NCBI GenBank assembly: GCA_043228905.1
Contig: JBHGNT010000009.1
Span: 8,618,001-8,682,000 of the forward strand
Origin: Azolla caroliniana
Lineage: Eukaryota; Plantae; Polypodiophyta
Length of the DNA: 64,000 nucleotides
Direction of reading: 5' to 3'
The notes under the pieces are model-generated. The model was not told where the DNA came from, made no database searches, and saw nothing but the letters and a program-made list of their open reading frames with translations. Below are positions 36,017 to 48,294 of the stretch, piece by piece (position 1 is the stretch's first letter; every line of letters begins with the position of its first letter). The translations under genes were made by a program, and so were the position numbers.

Positions 36017-39000
36017 ATGAATACTCAAATGGGGAGCGCTCTCCCTACCGAGAAGTTGGATCGAAACAACTTCGCATCTTGGGAGTACAAGATGCACCAA
36101 TACCTTGTCCGACAAGGCTATTGGAGCTACATCAAAGGAGCGCACGAAGACCGACCCGTCGACACGGCTCCCGGATACGCGACATGGGAGCAAGCCGCAA
36201 GCCGCGTGATGTATTGTTTGGTGACATGTGTTCACGACCACATGCTCAGTTACATTCGAGAAGCCAAGATGCCGAAGGAAGCGTGGGAAAATCTACGAAA
36301 GATTTCCGCCACCAACACGACCGCGAGGAAGTTTCAACTCCGCCAAGAGTTGAACAACATTCAACAAAGGGACATGTCCATCACGACATACACCTTGAAG
36401 ATCAAGGAGCTTTGTGAATCGCTCGGCTCAATAAGCGTAAGTATCGATGATGATGAGATGGTGCAAATATACCTCGGCGGCCTCGCACCACGGTTCGGCG
36501 CGATGCGAACCGCCGTTCTAGCAAGGGAGAAATCTCCCTCCTTCTTCAACCTCCAATCAATGCTATTGGTCGAAGAAAACCACGTGCGTACAAGGAGCAA
36601 TGAGTCGGAAGGTCACATGCTCTACACGCACTCGAATGGAGGAAGAGGACGCAGATGAGCGAGAGGCCGATTCGGCCAAGGACAAGGTGGACGAGGTCCG
36701 ACCTACGACAACAACTCCCAATTTCGGCCGCAAAACGGAAGCCAACGAGGAACCTTCGCAAGAAGGGGGAGCTTCCACTCCGGCCCAAGCCGTCAAAACA
36801 CAATTGAATGTGGATATTGCAGAAAGCTCGGCCACCACGAAGAAGAGTACCGAAAGAAATGCGTGAAACGGCTTCCACAAGCCGACAACTCACGAATTAC
36901 GTGCACAACTCCGACTACGAAGATCGTGGCGGAATATATGCACACAACTCCGACCGTGGCGAAATGTACGCGCACAACTCCAACTACGAAGATCGTGGCG
37001 GAATGTATGCGCACAACTCCGACGGTGGCGGAATGTTCATGATGAAACATAGAGCGAACTCTATGTCGGCCTCTACCTCAACTAGTGCCTTCGGTCCGGA
37101 AGACGTATGGTTCATCGATTCTGGTGCCTTGAACCATATGACATCGTATCAAGAATGGTTCCAAGAACTTCGAGAGCCGGACCGACCCGGCTATGTCGAA
37201 ACCGGAGACGACACTACACACCTGATTCGGCACATCGGCAATGTTCCGTTCGGAAAAGAAGGTAAGCAAAATTACATTAAAAATGTCTTGCATGTACCGA
37301 CCATTACGAAGAATTTGGTCTCCGTCGGCCAAATTGTAGAGCAAGGGATGCAAGTTCGATTTAATCAAGGCAGTTGCTTCATCGAAAAAGAGGACCGACT
37401 CATCGCACGCGGACGAAGAGAAGGCCGAATGTTCATTCTCGACTCACACGAGATGAAATCGGCCATGTTCGCAAAGGGCATGAAAGCCGACTCCGACATA
37501 GAGTTATGGCACAAGCGGATTGGCCATATAAATCTCCAAAAGCTCAAAGCAATGAAATCGAAAGGAGTCGTCATCGGACTCCCAACATTCAAAGAGAAGG
37601 AGATTGAAGGTGTATGCGAAGCGTGCCAATTCGGCAAGCAACACCAACACCCATTCCCGAAAGAGCGAAACATGAGCAAAGGTCTACTCGACGTAGTTCA
37701 TTCCGACGTATGGGGACCGGCGCAGACGGCTACATTCGGTGGATGCCGATATTACGTGCTCTTCATCGACAACTTCTCTAGGCACACTTGGATCTACCCG
37801 ATGCGGCAAAAGAGCGAAGTGTTCAAACACTTCCAAACATTCAAAAATGAAGTCGAGAAAGTCACGGGCCGACATGTACGTTGTCTTCGATCGGATGGCG
37901 GCAAGGAGTACTTCTCGAACGATTTCACGGCGTATCTCCAAAAGGAAGGAATTCGGCGAGAATTCACTTGCCAACACATTCCGCAACAAAACGGAGTAGC
38001 CGAGTGCAAAAATCGGCACATCCTCGAAGTAGCGCGGGCAATGATGAATGAGAAGCATATGCCCAAGTCTTATTGGGCCGAAGCTGCAAATACGGCCGTC
38101 TACCTAATGAACCGGTGCACAACATCTGGCGTGCACGAGGTCACTCTGCACGAAAGATTCTTCAGAAAGAAGCCGAACCTATCACATGTTCGGATATTCG
38201 GCTCCATTGCGTACGTGCACATCCCCGACGAGAAGCGTCAAAAGCTCGACACAAAGTCGGAGAAATGTATCCTCGTAGGATACTCATTGGAGAAAAAGGG
38301 GTACAAGTGCTACAACCCCTCAACTCGAAAATCTCGCATAAGTCGAGACGTCGTTTTCGACGAGTCCGCATCCTGGTACGCACCAGAGACAACTCCAACT
38401 CCCACTCCACTCGACCTAGAATCCACCAAACAAGAGATAGAGGATGAAGATCACCTTACACGCATGTTCGAAGAAAGTCCGATCACGACCCGACTGAGCA
38501 GACCACAAGAGAATTTGAGCAATCAAAGCACATCACGGCCTAGCCCGAAGATGGACAAAGGCAAGGCGAAAATGGCGGAATACGCAAACGATCGCTTCGA
38601 CAATGATGAGTCGACTCACTCACTCGATAGTGAGTTCTGCGGCTTCGATGTACCAATCGGAGCTAAGAAAGCCCTCATCTCTGCAAATGAAAAGCTCTGT
38701 CGCTCCACCCGTGAAAAGAATCCGGTTAGCCGATTCGGCTACAACGACTACATAGCATATCACTATGCCTTTATGATGAAGGTGGCGACAGTACGCGAGC
38801 CAAAAACATTTTCCGAAGCAGCCAAGGATCCGCGATGGATCAAAGCCATGAACGAGGAGATGCAGGCACTACGCAAGAATGAGACGTGGGATCTCGTTCC
38901 CACCTCACCACACAAAAAGGCGATTGGATGCAGATGGATTTACAAAGTGAAGTGCAACGCCGACGGTTCCGTCAACCGCTACAAAGCGCGACTCGTAGCG

Positions 39001-39475
39001 AAAGGTTACGCCCAAACTCACGGAGTTGACTACGAGGAGACCTTTGTCCCAGTGGCAAAGATGATGACGGTGCAGACCATAATTACGCTTGCCGCGGCGA
39101 AAGGGTGGCACCTCCATCAAATGGACGTCAAGAACGCCTTTCTACAAGGCGAATTAGAAGAGGAGGTGTACTTGATACAACCACCCGGATTCAACTCAAG
39201 CACCCATCCGAAAGCTGTATGCCGACTCAAGAAGCCCCTCTACGGCCTCAAGCAAGCACCGCGTGCTTGGCATTCGAAGATAACGCACTATCTTCATCAA
39301 ATCAGCTTCCGTATGTCAAAATCAGACAACTCCCTCTACATACGAAGCGATTCCGCAAGTCCTATCGTCATCATCTTATATGTGGATGACCTAGTCATTG
39401 GAGGTGAGCATCTCGTTGAAATCAATAAAGTCAAATCTCTCCTTTTCGACAAGTTTGAGATGACGGACATGAAGG
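36017..39475 (+). pseudogene. pol: Copia E gag, protease, integrase and RT 5' part, with a stop and a frameshift in gag
   Basis: ORFs 36017-36658 and 36808-39543, with [33 protein letters not shown] and LYVDDL. Cut by F at 39476. Confidence 0.92.
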
Positions 39476-39563
39476 TGTTAGAGACAAGGTCGTCTATGCG
39501 GAAGATCAAGAAGCATTCGATTCTGTTCTGTACCTGCGTATGACAGTCTCTCGTTCGTTGCAC

Positions 39564-39599
<36 letters not shown>

Positions 39600-42500
39600 G
39601 CACAAAAGACTTTCTATTCAATAGAAACAATAATACAACACCCAACCTCACAAAAAGGTTACAAGGTCACTATATATAGTGACCGACTTAGGGCAACTAC
39701 CCTTTATGCTAATTACACAAATGGCCCAAACTTGAGCTATACAAAGGGATAGTGTGAATACGTCCATTATACACTTGTATTCGACACTCCCCCGTAATGG
39801 GCGTATACATGGGTTATCTAAGATTACAGGTATAAACCTAGGTTCTCGGACATATCAGTTTTTGTTCGAGTCGGCAGGGTCCGAAGGCAGAAGACCGAAC
39901 TGGTCGGGTCGGAAGAGTTGAAGCCGATCATTAAGGAACTGATGTCGGTTGTCGGAGACCATCCTGCGCTGTGTCCGGCTCTAACCGGACTGGTTTGTCG
40001 TTACGCCCATCTGATGCCGAAGAGACCGAAAACGGTCTGCCGAAAGACACTTGGTCATTCCATCTGCGACATTGTCGGTTGTGGATATTTTCTCTAGACC
40101 GATTTTCCCTGAAATGACGCAGTCCCGAACGAAGTGATATCGAACGTCGATATGTTTGGAGGCGTTGTGGTGAACCGGATTTTTCGACAAGGCAACAGCA
40201 CCTTGACTGTCGCTGTAGACAACTGGAGCCGAGTCATGGTCGACTTGTCGAAACGTGTGCGCCAGCCGACCGAGCCACAAAGCTTCTTTTGCTGCGTCGG
40301 ACGCAGCTACATATTCTGCTTCGGTCGTTGAGGTCGCTGTGCACTCCTGAAGTTTCGACTTCCACGAGATTGCTCCATTGCCGAATTTGAAGCAGTATCT
40401 GGTTGTTGATTTCCGACTGTCTATACAGCCGGCGAAATCCGAGTCGGTGTAACCGACTACGCCTGAGGTTCGGTTCGGACCGAAAAGAATGTCGTGGTCT
40501 TTTGTGCCAGCCAGATATCTGAACACATGCTTGACTGCGTTCCAATGCGATCGGCCAGGATTGTGCATAAATCTGCTAACGACTCCTACGGCATGAGAGA
40601 TATCAGGCCGTGTCGCGACCATCAGGTACATAAGGGAGCCGACTGCCGGTGCATACGGTACCGACTTCATATCTTCCCCCTCCGGACCGGATGTCGGGCA
40701 GTCTCGCTGAGAGAGCCGAAGATTCATGGGGAGCGGGGTTGAAGCAGATTTGGCTGATTGCATGTTGAAGCGTTCCAAGACACGTCCGATATAGTCGGTC
40801 TGAGACAAAAAAAGATGTCGTTTATCGCGATGCCGACTAATCTTCATGCCAAGGATGTGTCGTGTCGGACCGAGGTCCTTCATGGCAAACTTCAACCGCA
40901 GTTGCCGAATGAGATCGGCAAGTTCGCCCGCGTGGCGTCCAGAAATTAGCATGTCGTCCACGTAGATGATGAGGAAGATGGGTGATCCATCTTGAGCTGT
41001 GTTGGTAAAAAGACAATGGTCCTCATCGCTTTTTGAGAAGCCGATCGATTGGATGAAGTCGTCGAACTTCTTGTACCATTGTCGCGGTGCCTGTTTGAGG
41101 CCGTATAGACTCTTCCTGAGTCGGCAGACTAGATGTTCTTGGCCAGTTGCCACGAAGCCTTTTGGCTGCTCCATATAAATTTCCTCGTCAAGATCACCAT
41201 GGAGGAAGGCTGTTTTGACATCTAGCTGAATCAGCTCCAAGTTGTCGGCTGCCACTACGCCGAGTAGAAAACGAAGGGTTGTCATTTTCACCACTGGTGA
41301 AAAAATCTCGTCGAAGTCGACGCCATATTCTTGTCGGAAGCCCTTCGCAACTAATCTGGCCTTGTACTTTGGGGTGGTCGAATCAGACGTCTCTTTTAGT
41401 CGATAAACCCACTTGCAAGGAAGAGCACGTCGGTTCCTAGGTAATTCGACCAGATCCCAAGTCTTGTTTGCCCGAATGGAGTGCATTTCCGACTCCATCG
41501 CCAGATGCCAGGTGGCTGAATCGACAGATGTCGATGCTTCTTCGTAAGACGTCGGTTCGCCGGCGTCGGTGAAGAAAATTCCAGGAGAATACCTCTCCGG
41601 AGGTTGCGACAGTCTCTCGGATCGTCGAGGTATGATTGGACTAGTCGCATCGGGTATCGGTGTCGGATGGTCCGAAAGCGAATTATTCTGCTGTGCCGAG
41701 TCGGAGTTGTCCGAGTCGGGAGTGTAAGGTTCAGCTACCCGTGAAGCTGACCGTGTGTTAAGAGCGGGGCCTTCTTGAAGGGTCGGCACATCGGAAAATG
41801 TTACCCTTCGGACTTCAGTCGGTTTTTCGACTGATGGATTCATAGCCGACTCGTTGAACACAACGTCCGAACTTCGAACGATTTGTCTGCGTTCGGGGTC
41901 CCAGAGTCGGTATCCCATTTCGCCGTCTGATCCATATCCAAGGAAAATGCATTTCCTGGACCGAGGTGCAAGTTTTCGGCGATCATCTTTCGGAATAAGG
42001 GCGTACGCCTCGCATCCGAAGATCCTCAGCTTGTCATAATTCGGCTTACTGCCGATCCATAGTTCCTGAGGAATTTGAAGTCCTAGAGGTCTACTTGGCG
42101 ACATATTGATTATGTGTACTGCCGTGAGTAGAGCCTCTGCCCAGAAGCCATCCGACAGTCCGGAGTGTTGGAGCATGGAAACTATCCGTTCTTGGATTGT
42201 CCGATTCATGCGTTCGGCAATCCCGTTTTGCTCCGGACTGTGTGGTGCCGTAAATTCACGTCGGATGCCGCGTTGTCGGTAGAATTTGACGAATTCTTCG
42301 GATTTGAACTCTCCCCCATTGTCGGTCCGAAAGCATTTCAGTTTTCGGCCGGTTTGATTTTCTACCATAGCGAGCCAATCGGAGAAGATCGAGAAGACAC
42401 GATCTTTGGTGCGAATTGGATAAGCCCACACCTTTCGAGTCGAATCGTCAATAAAACTGACGAAGTAAGAGGCACCACCAAGAGACTGATGCGGCATTGG

Positions 42501-44798
42501 GCCACAGACGTCCGAGTGGACTAAGTCGAGAGGTCTCGTTTCTCTTGGTGCTGATGTCGGGTGTGATGCGGTTGCTTGTTTGCCATACTGGCAATGCTCG
42601 CAGAATTGATGGTCCGAGAAGGAGAGTTTGGGGATGTACCCGGCTCTAGATAGGTGCGTGATGCCGGCCTTGCTGAGGTGTCCTAATCTTCTGTGCCATA
42701 GTGATGACACAGGAATATCCACCAAAAACAGGTTACCCTCTCTGAGCGTAACATGTAACGGATACAGTGAGTGTATCTTGGGTCCTCTAGCAAGCAGGAG
42801 GTTCCCCCTGTGGAGTGTCCACCCTCCCGAAGAAAAACCGGCACGAATGCCGTCTTCATCTAGTTGTCCGACTGAGATCAATGGCCTTGAGAGCTCGGGT
42901 ACATGTCGGACATTGTGAAGTACAAGTGTAGAGCCACCTGCAAGGTTGAGCTCTACTGTGCCGATTCCGATGATGTCACAGTGTTGCGAGTTACCGACTC
43001 GAACTGAGTCGGAGTGACGGATCGTATATTGCCGAAATTGGGATCGATGAGGAGTCACGTGAAATGACGCGCCCGAATCTAAGAGCCATGTGCTCGATTC
43101 TTCAGTCGTGAGCAGAACTTCTGATCCGACTGGATTTTCGATTGATAGTATATTCGGGTCGTTTGGTAGTACATCAGCTGAGAAGCTGACGTAATTGATC
43201 TCCTCATGCCGGCCACTCTTCTTGTCTGATCTCTGAGACTTGTCGTTCTTGTTCTTGAGTGCGCGGTAGTCGGCTTTGATGTGTCCGGGTTTCTTGCAAT
43301 AGTTGCAGATTCGGTTATCCCGTGACTGGCTCCGTCTTCGCTGATTGTTCGGCGGCCGTGAGGAATCTCTTCCTCGTATGTTCGATCGGTCTGTCGAACC
43401 TTGTACAACATAAGCGTCGTCTGTTGAGTCTTTGGCGAAAGACTTTCTCCGAGCTGCTTCGGTCAGGATTGCGCTCGTGACTTTGGAGTATTTAACAGCC
43501 GTGGTTGACGCGTTGCACACGGTTGTGACGAAAGTCTCCCATGATGAGGGAAGGCTGCTCATGAGTATCATGGCTCTGAGTTCATCCTCGATTGCCGTCC
43601 CCTGAGATGAGATTTGGGAGCTTATGCTTTCGTACTCATTGAGATGTGCTTGAACCGAATCGGATTCTTTCATCCGCAAGTTGTAGAGGCGCCGGATCAG
43701 AAACATCTTCGTTGCAGCGACCTTCTTTTCGTAGGTGTCCGACAGTGTTTTCCACAGTTCGAATGCTGTCGTACACGATTGCACCGTAAAGTATACCGAT
43801 TCCGATAGGTGCATCCGAATCGTGGCGCGGACGATTCTGTCCAGCTTCTGCCACTCAATTGGTTTGTATCCTTCTGGAGGTTCTTCATTTTCGATGGGAT
43901 CGATTTGCCCCTTGACTATGAGATAGTCCTGCATTTGCTCCTTCTAGAAGTTGAAGTTCGATCCATCGAACTTTCGTAGACTCATTTCTGACGAGCCGGA
44001 TGTTGATGCCATCAAATTTGGTTTCGGTTGGCGAAGCTCGGTTCGGAGTTGACTACGAACCTTGAAGGAGTGCAGCCGGTTGGCTCACCCGATATCGTTC
44101 TAGTCGGATTTGAACCCGAGTCGGTTCGGCTTCGGATATATGTATTTGTTGAACTTGCTCGAATTGACTCCGGTAACTTGAGGGACAGAACCGACTGGTC
44201 TTCCCGAATGTTGCCGAGTCGGAGTGAGCCCGGTTCGCTTCCGAATATATATGCCAAATACCGATTATTGAAACCGATTATCTGGACCGATTCTGCTTCG
44301 GTTGACTGCAGCGACGAGAGAGACGGATCCAACTGATCCTCTCGAATGTCGATCAGCCGGATGAAGCACGAATTGGGGTTGTTGTCTTGAGACCGATCTG
44401 CACCGAGTGGTTACAATGAGCGGCGAGCAGCGTTTGATGACCTCTTCGGATGCAGTTTAACCGAGTGGAGCACGATCGTGTCAATGTTGCACAAGGGGAT
44501 TTCACCTCGAGTGGTTACGATCACAAGGAACGGAGTACAGCCGGCTGGCTTACTCCAGGCGAAGATGATCTAACGCGATGAGGTGCAATCCTCGTTTTTC
44601 TTCTTCTTCTCTCTTCTTCGAATGACGCAGGAAACCGAATACTGTGCAAGCTGAGACGACGGCCGACAGCGGATTGAAGGACCGAATACTGTGCAGGCTC
44701 TGATACCAGATGTTAGAGACAAGGTCGTCTATGCGGAAGATCAAGAAGCATTCGATTCTGTTCTGTACCTGCGTATGACAGTCTCTCGTTCGTTACAC

Positions 44799-44837
<39 letters not shown>

Positions 44838-45023
44838 CACAAAAGACTTTCTATTCAATAGAAACAATAATACAACACCCAACCTCACAAAAAGGTTACA
44901 AGGTCACTATATATAGTGACCGACTTAGGGCAACTACCCTTTATGCTAATTACACAAATGGCCCAAACTTGAGCTATACAAAGGGATAGTGTGAATACGT
45001 CCATTATACACTTGTATTCGACA
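39476..45023 (-). mobile_element. Young, near-intact Ty1/copia element F
   Basis: LTRs at 39476-39786 and 44711-45023 differ by one substitution and one GA unit. PBS TGGTATCAGAGC at 44708-44697, PPT at 39793-39787 and a perfect TSD GAAGG. Confidence 0.97.
39981..43934 (-). CDS. pol: Copia gag-pol polyprotein (Gag, zinc knuckle, protease, integrase, RT, RNase H), 1317 aa open frame
   Basis: Uninterrupted ORF with WLLDSGASFH, HSDV, TDNGGEF, AERMNR, QLDVKTAFLHG, YVDDML, YTDSD and TEAEY. The natural ATG at 44012 is separated from it by a TAG at 43946-43944. Confidence 0.93.
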   Translation of the reverse strand: MQDYLIVKGQIDPIENEEPPEGYKPIEWQKLDRIVRATIRMHLSESVYFTVQSCTTAFELWKTLSDTYEKKVAATKMFLIRRLYNLRMKESDSVQAHLNEYESISSQISSQGTAIEDELRAMILMSSLPSSWETFVTTVCNASTTAVKYSKVTSAILTEAARRKSFAKDSTDDAYVVQGSTDRSNIRGRDSSRPPNNQRRRSQSRDNRICNYCKKPGHIKADYRALKNKNDKSQRSDKKSGRHEEINYVSFSADVLPNDPNILSIENPVGSEVLLTTEESSTWLLDSGASFHVTPHRSQFRQYTIRHSDSVRVGNSQHCDIIGIGTVELNLAGGSTLVLHNVRHVPELSRPLISVGQLDEDGIRAGFSSGGWTLHRGNLLLARGPKIHSLYPLHVTLREGNLFLVDIPVSSLWHRRLGHLSKAGITHLSRAGYIPKLSFSDHQFCEHCQYGKQATASHPTSAPRETRPLDLVHSDVCGPMPHQSLGGASYFVSFIDDSTRKVWAYPIRTKDRVFSIFSDWLAMVENQTGRKLKCFRTDNGGEFKSEEFVKFYRQRGIRREFTAPHSPEQNGIAERMNRTIQERIVSMLQHSGLSDGFWAEALLTAVHIINMSPSRPLGLQIPQELWIGSKPNYDKLRIFGCEAYALIPKDDRRKLAPRSRKCIFLGYGSDGEMGYRLWDPERRQIVRSSDVVFNESAMNPSVEKPTEVRRVTFSDVPTLQEGPALNTRSASRVAEPYTPDSDNSDSAQQNNSLSDHPTPIPDATSPIIPRRSERLSQPPERYSPGIFFTDAGEPTSYEEASTSVDSATWHLAMESEMHSIRANKTWDLVELPRNRRALPCKWVYRLKETSDSTTPKYKARLVAKGFRQEYGVDFDEIFSPVVKMTTLRFLLGVVAADNLELIQLDVKTAFLHGDLDEEIYMEQPKGFVATGQEHLVCRLRKSLYGLKQAPRQWYKKFDDFIQSIGFSKSDEDHCLFTNTAQDGSPIFLIIYVDDMLISGRHAGELADLIRQLRLKFAMKDLGPTRHILGMKISRHRDKRHLFLSQTDYIGRVLERFNMQSAKSASTPLPMNLRLSQRDCPTSGPEGEDMKSVPYAPAVGSLMYLMVATRPDISHAVGVVSRFMHNPGRSHWNAVKHVFRYLAGTKDHDILFGPNRTSGVVGYTDSDFAGCIDSRKSTTRYCFKFGNGAISWKSKLQECTATSTTEAEYVAASDAAKEALWLGRLAHTFRQVDHDSAPVVYSDSQGAVALSKNPVHHNASKHIDVRYHFVRDCVISGKIGLEKISTTDNVADGMTKCLSADRFRSLRHQMGVTTNQSG

Positions 45024-45917
45024 GAAGGAGCTCCACTACTTCCTCGGCATCGAGGTAATTCGGACTCCTATCGGAATCATGATCTCTCAACGGCACTACA
45101 TCCTCAACTTGTTATACAAGTTTGGGATGGCTGAGTGCAAATCCGCGGCAACCCTGCTTGATCGCAATCTCAAACTAGATGCGAACTCCAGCACCAAAGC
45201 GTGTGAGCCGACTCAGTATTGGCAACTCATCGGGAGTCTCATCTACCTCACGATCACACGACCCGATCTCAGTTATCCGGTCGGTCTTCTTAGCCAATTC
45301 ATGCAAACACCGTGTGATACTCACTTGGATTGCGCTAAGCGAGTTCTACGATACGTGAGCGGCACAATGGATTGTGGCATCCTCTACAAGACCGCGATGC
45401 CAATACGACTCGAGGGGTACACCGATGCCGATTGGGCCAGCTACAAAGCCGATAGAAGATCAACCTCCGTATTTGTTTTCTCCCTCGGCAGCGGAGCAAT
45501 ATCCTGGAGTAGCAAGAAGCAGCCTATCGTCGCTCTTTTGAGTACGGAGGTGGAATACAGGGGCGCAGCCGTAGCTGCGTGTGAAGCCGTATGGCTCAAG
45601 AGGATTTTGAAGGATCTGGGCGTACCCATCAAGGATCCAACTTCCCTTTACTACGACAACATGAGCAGTATCTATCTGGCTCGGAACCCGGTGTTCCACA
45701 CACAGACAAAGCACATCGAAGTGCACTATCACTAAATCCGAGAGCGCGTTCTAGCTGACAATGTCGACCTACAACACATTAGCACAAATCTTCAAACGGC
45801 CGACATCTTCACTAAAGCCTTAGGAACCGACAAGCTATGGCAATTCATGACCGATCTCGGATTGACGATCCCTGACCTGCCAAGCTTGAGGGGGAGTACT
45901 GAAGACATTACGCAATA
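45024..45917 (+). pseudogene. pol: Copia E RT 3' part and RNase H
   Basis: The frame rejoins as DMKELHYFLG across F. Contains GSLIYLTITRPD, YTDADWA and TKHIEVHYH, with one internal stop. Confidence 0.9.
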
Positions 45918-48294
45918 ACGTGTGGATTCCGCAAGCCGCACACACTACGCAAGAACGCGTGGACTATGCAACCACGCAACGAAGCCGCAAAGAGCCGATC
46001 TACCGCGCAAAGCCGCGAAGAAAGACGCAAGCCGAAGCACAGACTTTGCAACTACGCACAACGCAAGCTGGAGCACGGATTCCGCAACTCCGCATAAATG
46101 TGAATCGACGCGAGTCGACGCGGACTCCGGAACGCGAGTCGAAGCGTATTTTAGATACCGTCTGAAACCGACCCGACTTGAGCTTGAGGGGGCGTGTTGA
46201 GAATCAAGCTCAACTTGGTCTAGTGTGTGAACTCACCTTGAGAGTGAATAGACACTCCAACGGTCAAGAGTCACCACTATGTCACCACTTTGTATTCTAG
46301 CATTTAGTATGAGTCATAGAATCATATTCTATGACACATAAGTTATGAGCTTTCACATTCCCCATGCTCCATGAGTCTTGTAGTTAATGAAGAGAGAGGG
46401 TGACTATATAAAGCACCCTCCTCCCACCTTGTATAGTGTTGAGTCTTTTTCCTTTGTTAATACAATCTACCTTGCATATACTCTGTGTCTTACTACTTGT
46501 CTCTCTCTCTCACTCTCTCTCTCTCTCATACACACACATAGTTCACACCTATTCCGCTTCACAAGAATCCATCTCTTGATTCTTTACACTTTGTAACCTA
46601 GTTTTGTTGTTGTTGAAAATATAGTTCATCTTGTGCCCAACGTCTCTCTCTCTTGTGTTCTAAGTGGCTCATTGTTCTCTGTCTTTGTTGCCATCAATCT
46701 ACCTTGAATCTATCTGTTTATGATCTTCTTTAGAGAAGAGTGTTGATTTGTTCCACACTAGACAGTCGCGTTCCCAACAGTGCCGACTCTATCAGACGAA
46801 ACAAGGAGAAGACTCAAGTCGGGCCCGACTCTAGGCAACGTGGTCGGCGGCTCATCGGGAGGTGCGTCTCTATAGGAGCTCATGAAGATGGTGCGCGATC
46901 TTTAGATCACTCAAGCCCTGAGGGATGGTGAAGGACAATCATGCAACTAGCGTCCACCCACTGACCCACATTGCATGTGGTGCGACGGCTTCGGCCACAT
47001 TCGGAGAGACTATGTTGATTTTGACGAGGCGCTAAGTAACAATGTCATGTACCTATGGAATGGGTGGGTACACGCGAGCGAAACCCGAAAGCCCCTAGAG
47101 ATGAACACCGGTCGAGGGGGAATGAAGAGACTGATGGAGGAAGCCGCAGCCCGACATGTTGAGGGTATTCACTACTCGGCGTCGACTAGCATTCAAGTCG
47201 AGGGTGAGAAGAGTGTCAACTCCGGAGGCGATGTCGGATTCCGGCCGATAGTGCTCGAAGGCTTCTCCGGGAAGAAGCAAAATAAAGAAGAGGTGGACCA
47301 CGCGGAGAGGCAGGTCTGAGAGGTCACCGGATGGGACGACCCAGTAGAAGAGAAAACCGGCTTCGTGGAAGCCGCATGCCTACGAAGTTCTGGTGGAGGA
47401 CAAGCGAGTCGGGAAGGCAGGAGGGGCTAGTGTGTCGAATCGGTATGACACCTGAGGAGGGCCAAGAAAGAATGATGCTAGTTCGGCTGACTGACAAAAG
47501 AACGAAAAGGGGAAGTTCCCGAGATTCCAACGGAGCTCGGAAATAGAAAAGTTGACAGACCTATGGAGGGTCTTAGAGGAACGGATCCTTGACAATCGGG
47601 TGGAACTCTCATTATGAGAGGTGTTGGGCATAACGAAGAAAGAGTTCAACGACTCCATCATCAACCTCGTAAAGAGAAAGCGGCTCTCGACGGATCTTGA
47701 AAACGAGAAGCCAGTTGAGGTCAAGGTGACGCATATCAATGAGGTGGTGACAGAGGAAGAGTATGCCAATAGCCACTACATGCGGCCTCATTGGGCAAGA
47801 GCAACACGGACACACCAATCCGGATCGGAGATGTGAAGGAGCCGGTTGTGGCATTGATCAACCATGGATCAGAGATCAACTTGACGTCCATGGATTTCTA
47901 CAAGAAGGGAAAATGGCCAATCAATACGAAGCACGGGTGGAAGGTATGTGCGGCGACCCGCACGATGGAGGAGCTTCACGGGGCGTGCCTGAATGACAGG
48001 GTCAAGGTCGGTGATGTCGAGATCGACCAACACTTCTTCATGCAGGAGACGTCCTCGCACCCGATCATACTCGGTGAACTATACATCACGACAGCCCATA
48101 TGGAGACAAAGGTGATGGATAACGGTTCAGCACTCCGTCCAATTCCTGACAATCCAACCGAACCATGACTGGAATCGGGACTCTCTCGCCAGCGAAGGCC
48201 GAGAGGGTTTTTGAAGAGGACTATCAAGGCGTGGGGCCATTGTAGTCTGAACAACCAGAAGAATCCCTACACATGTACTCATAGATTGACCCAT

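Larger units (their letters stand above)
35484..46588 (+). mobile_element. Full-length Ty1/copia element E (related to B), inserted in the 3' LTR of copia C
   Basis: LTRs at 35484-35857 and 46195-46588, PBS TGGTATCAGAGC at 35858-35869, PPT GAGGGGG near 46186-46192 and a perfect TSD CTTTG. Confidence 0.95.
21517..46757 (+). mobile_element. Degenerate Ty1/copia element C (same family as F), interrupted by gypsy D and copia E
   Basis: Leader, then gag from ATG 22139 (MASTSGSSEMSLRKF, as in F). Pol at 22139-24799 and 34124-35143 has stops and deletions. PPT near 35350-35356. The 3' LTR is split into 35357-35483 and 46589-46757; its right end is approximate. Confidence 0.85.
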
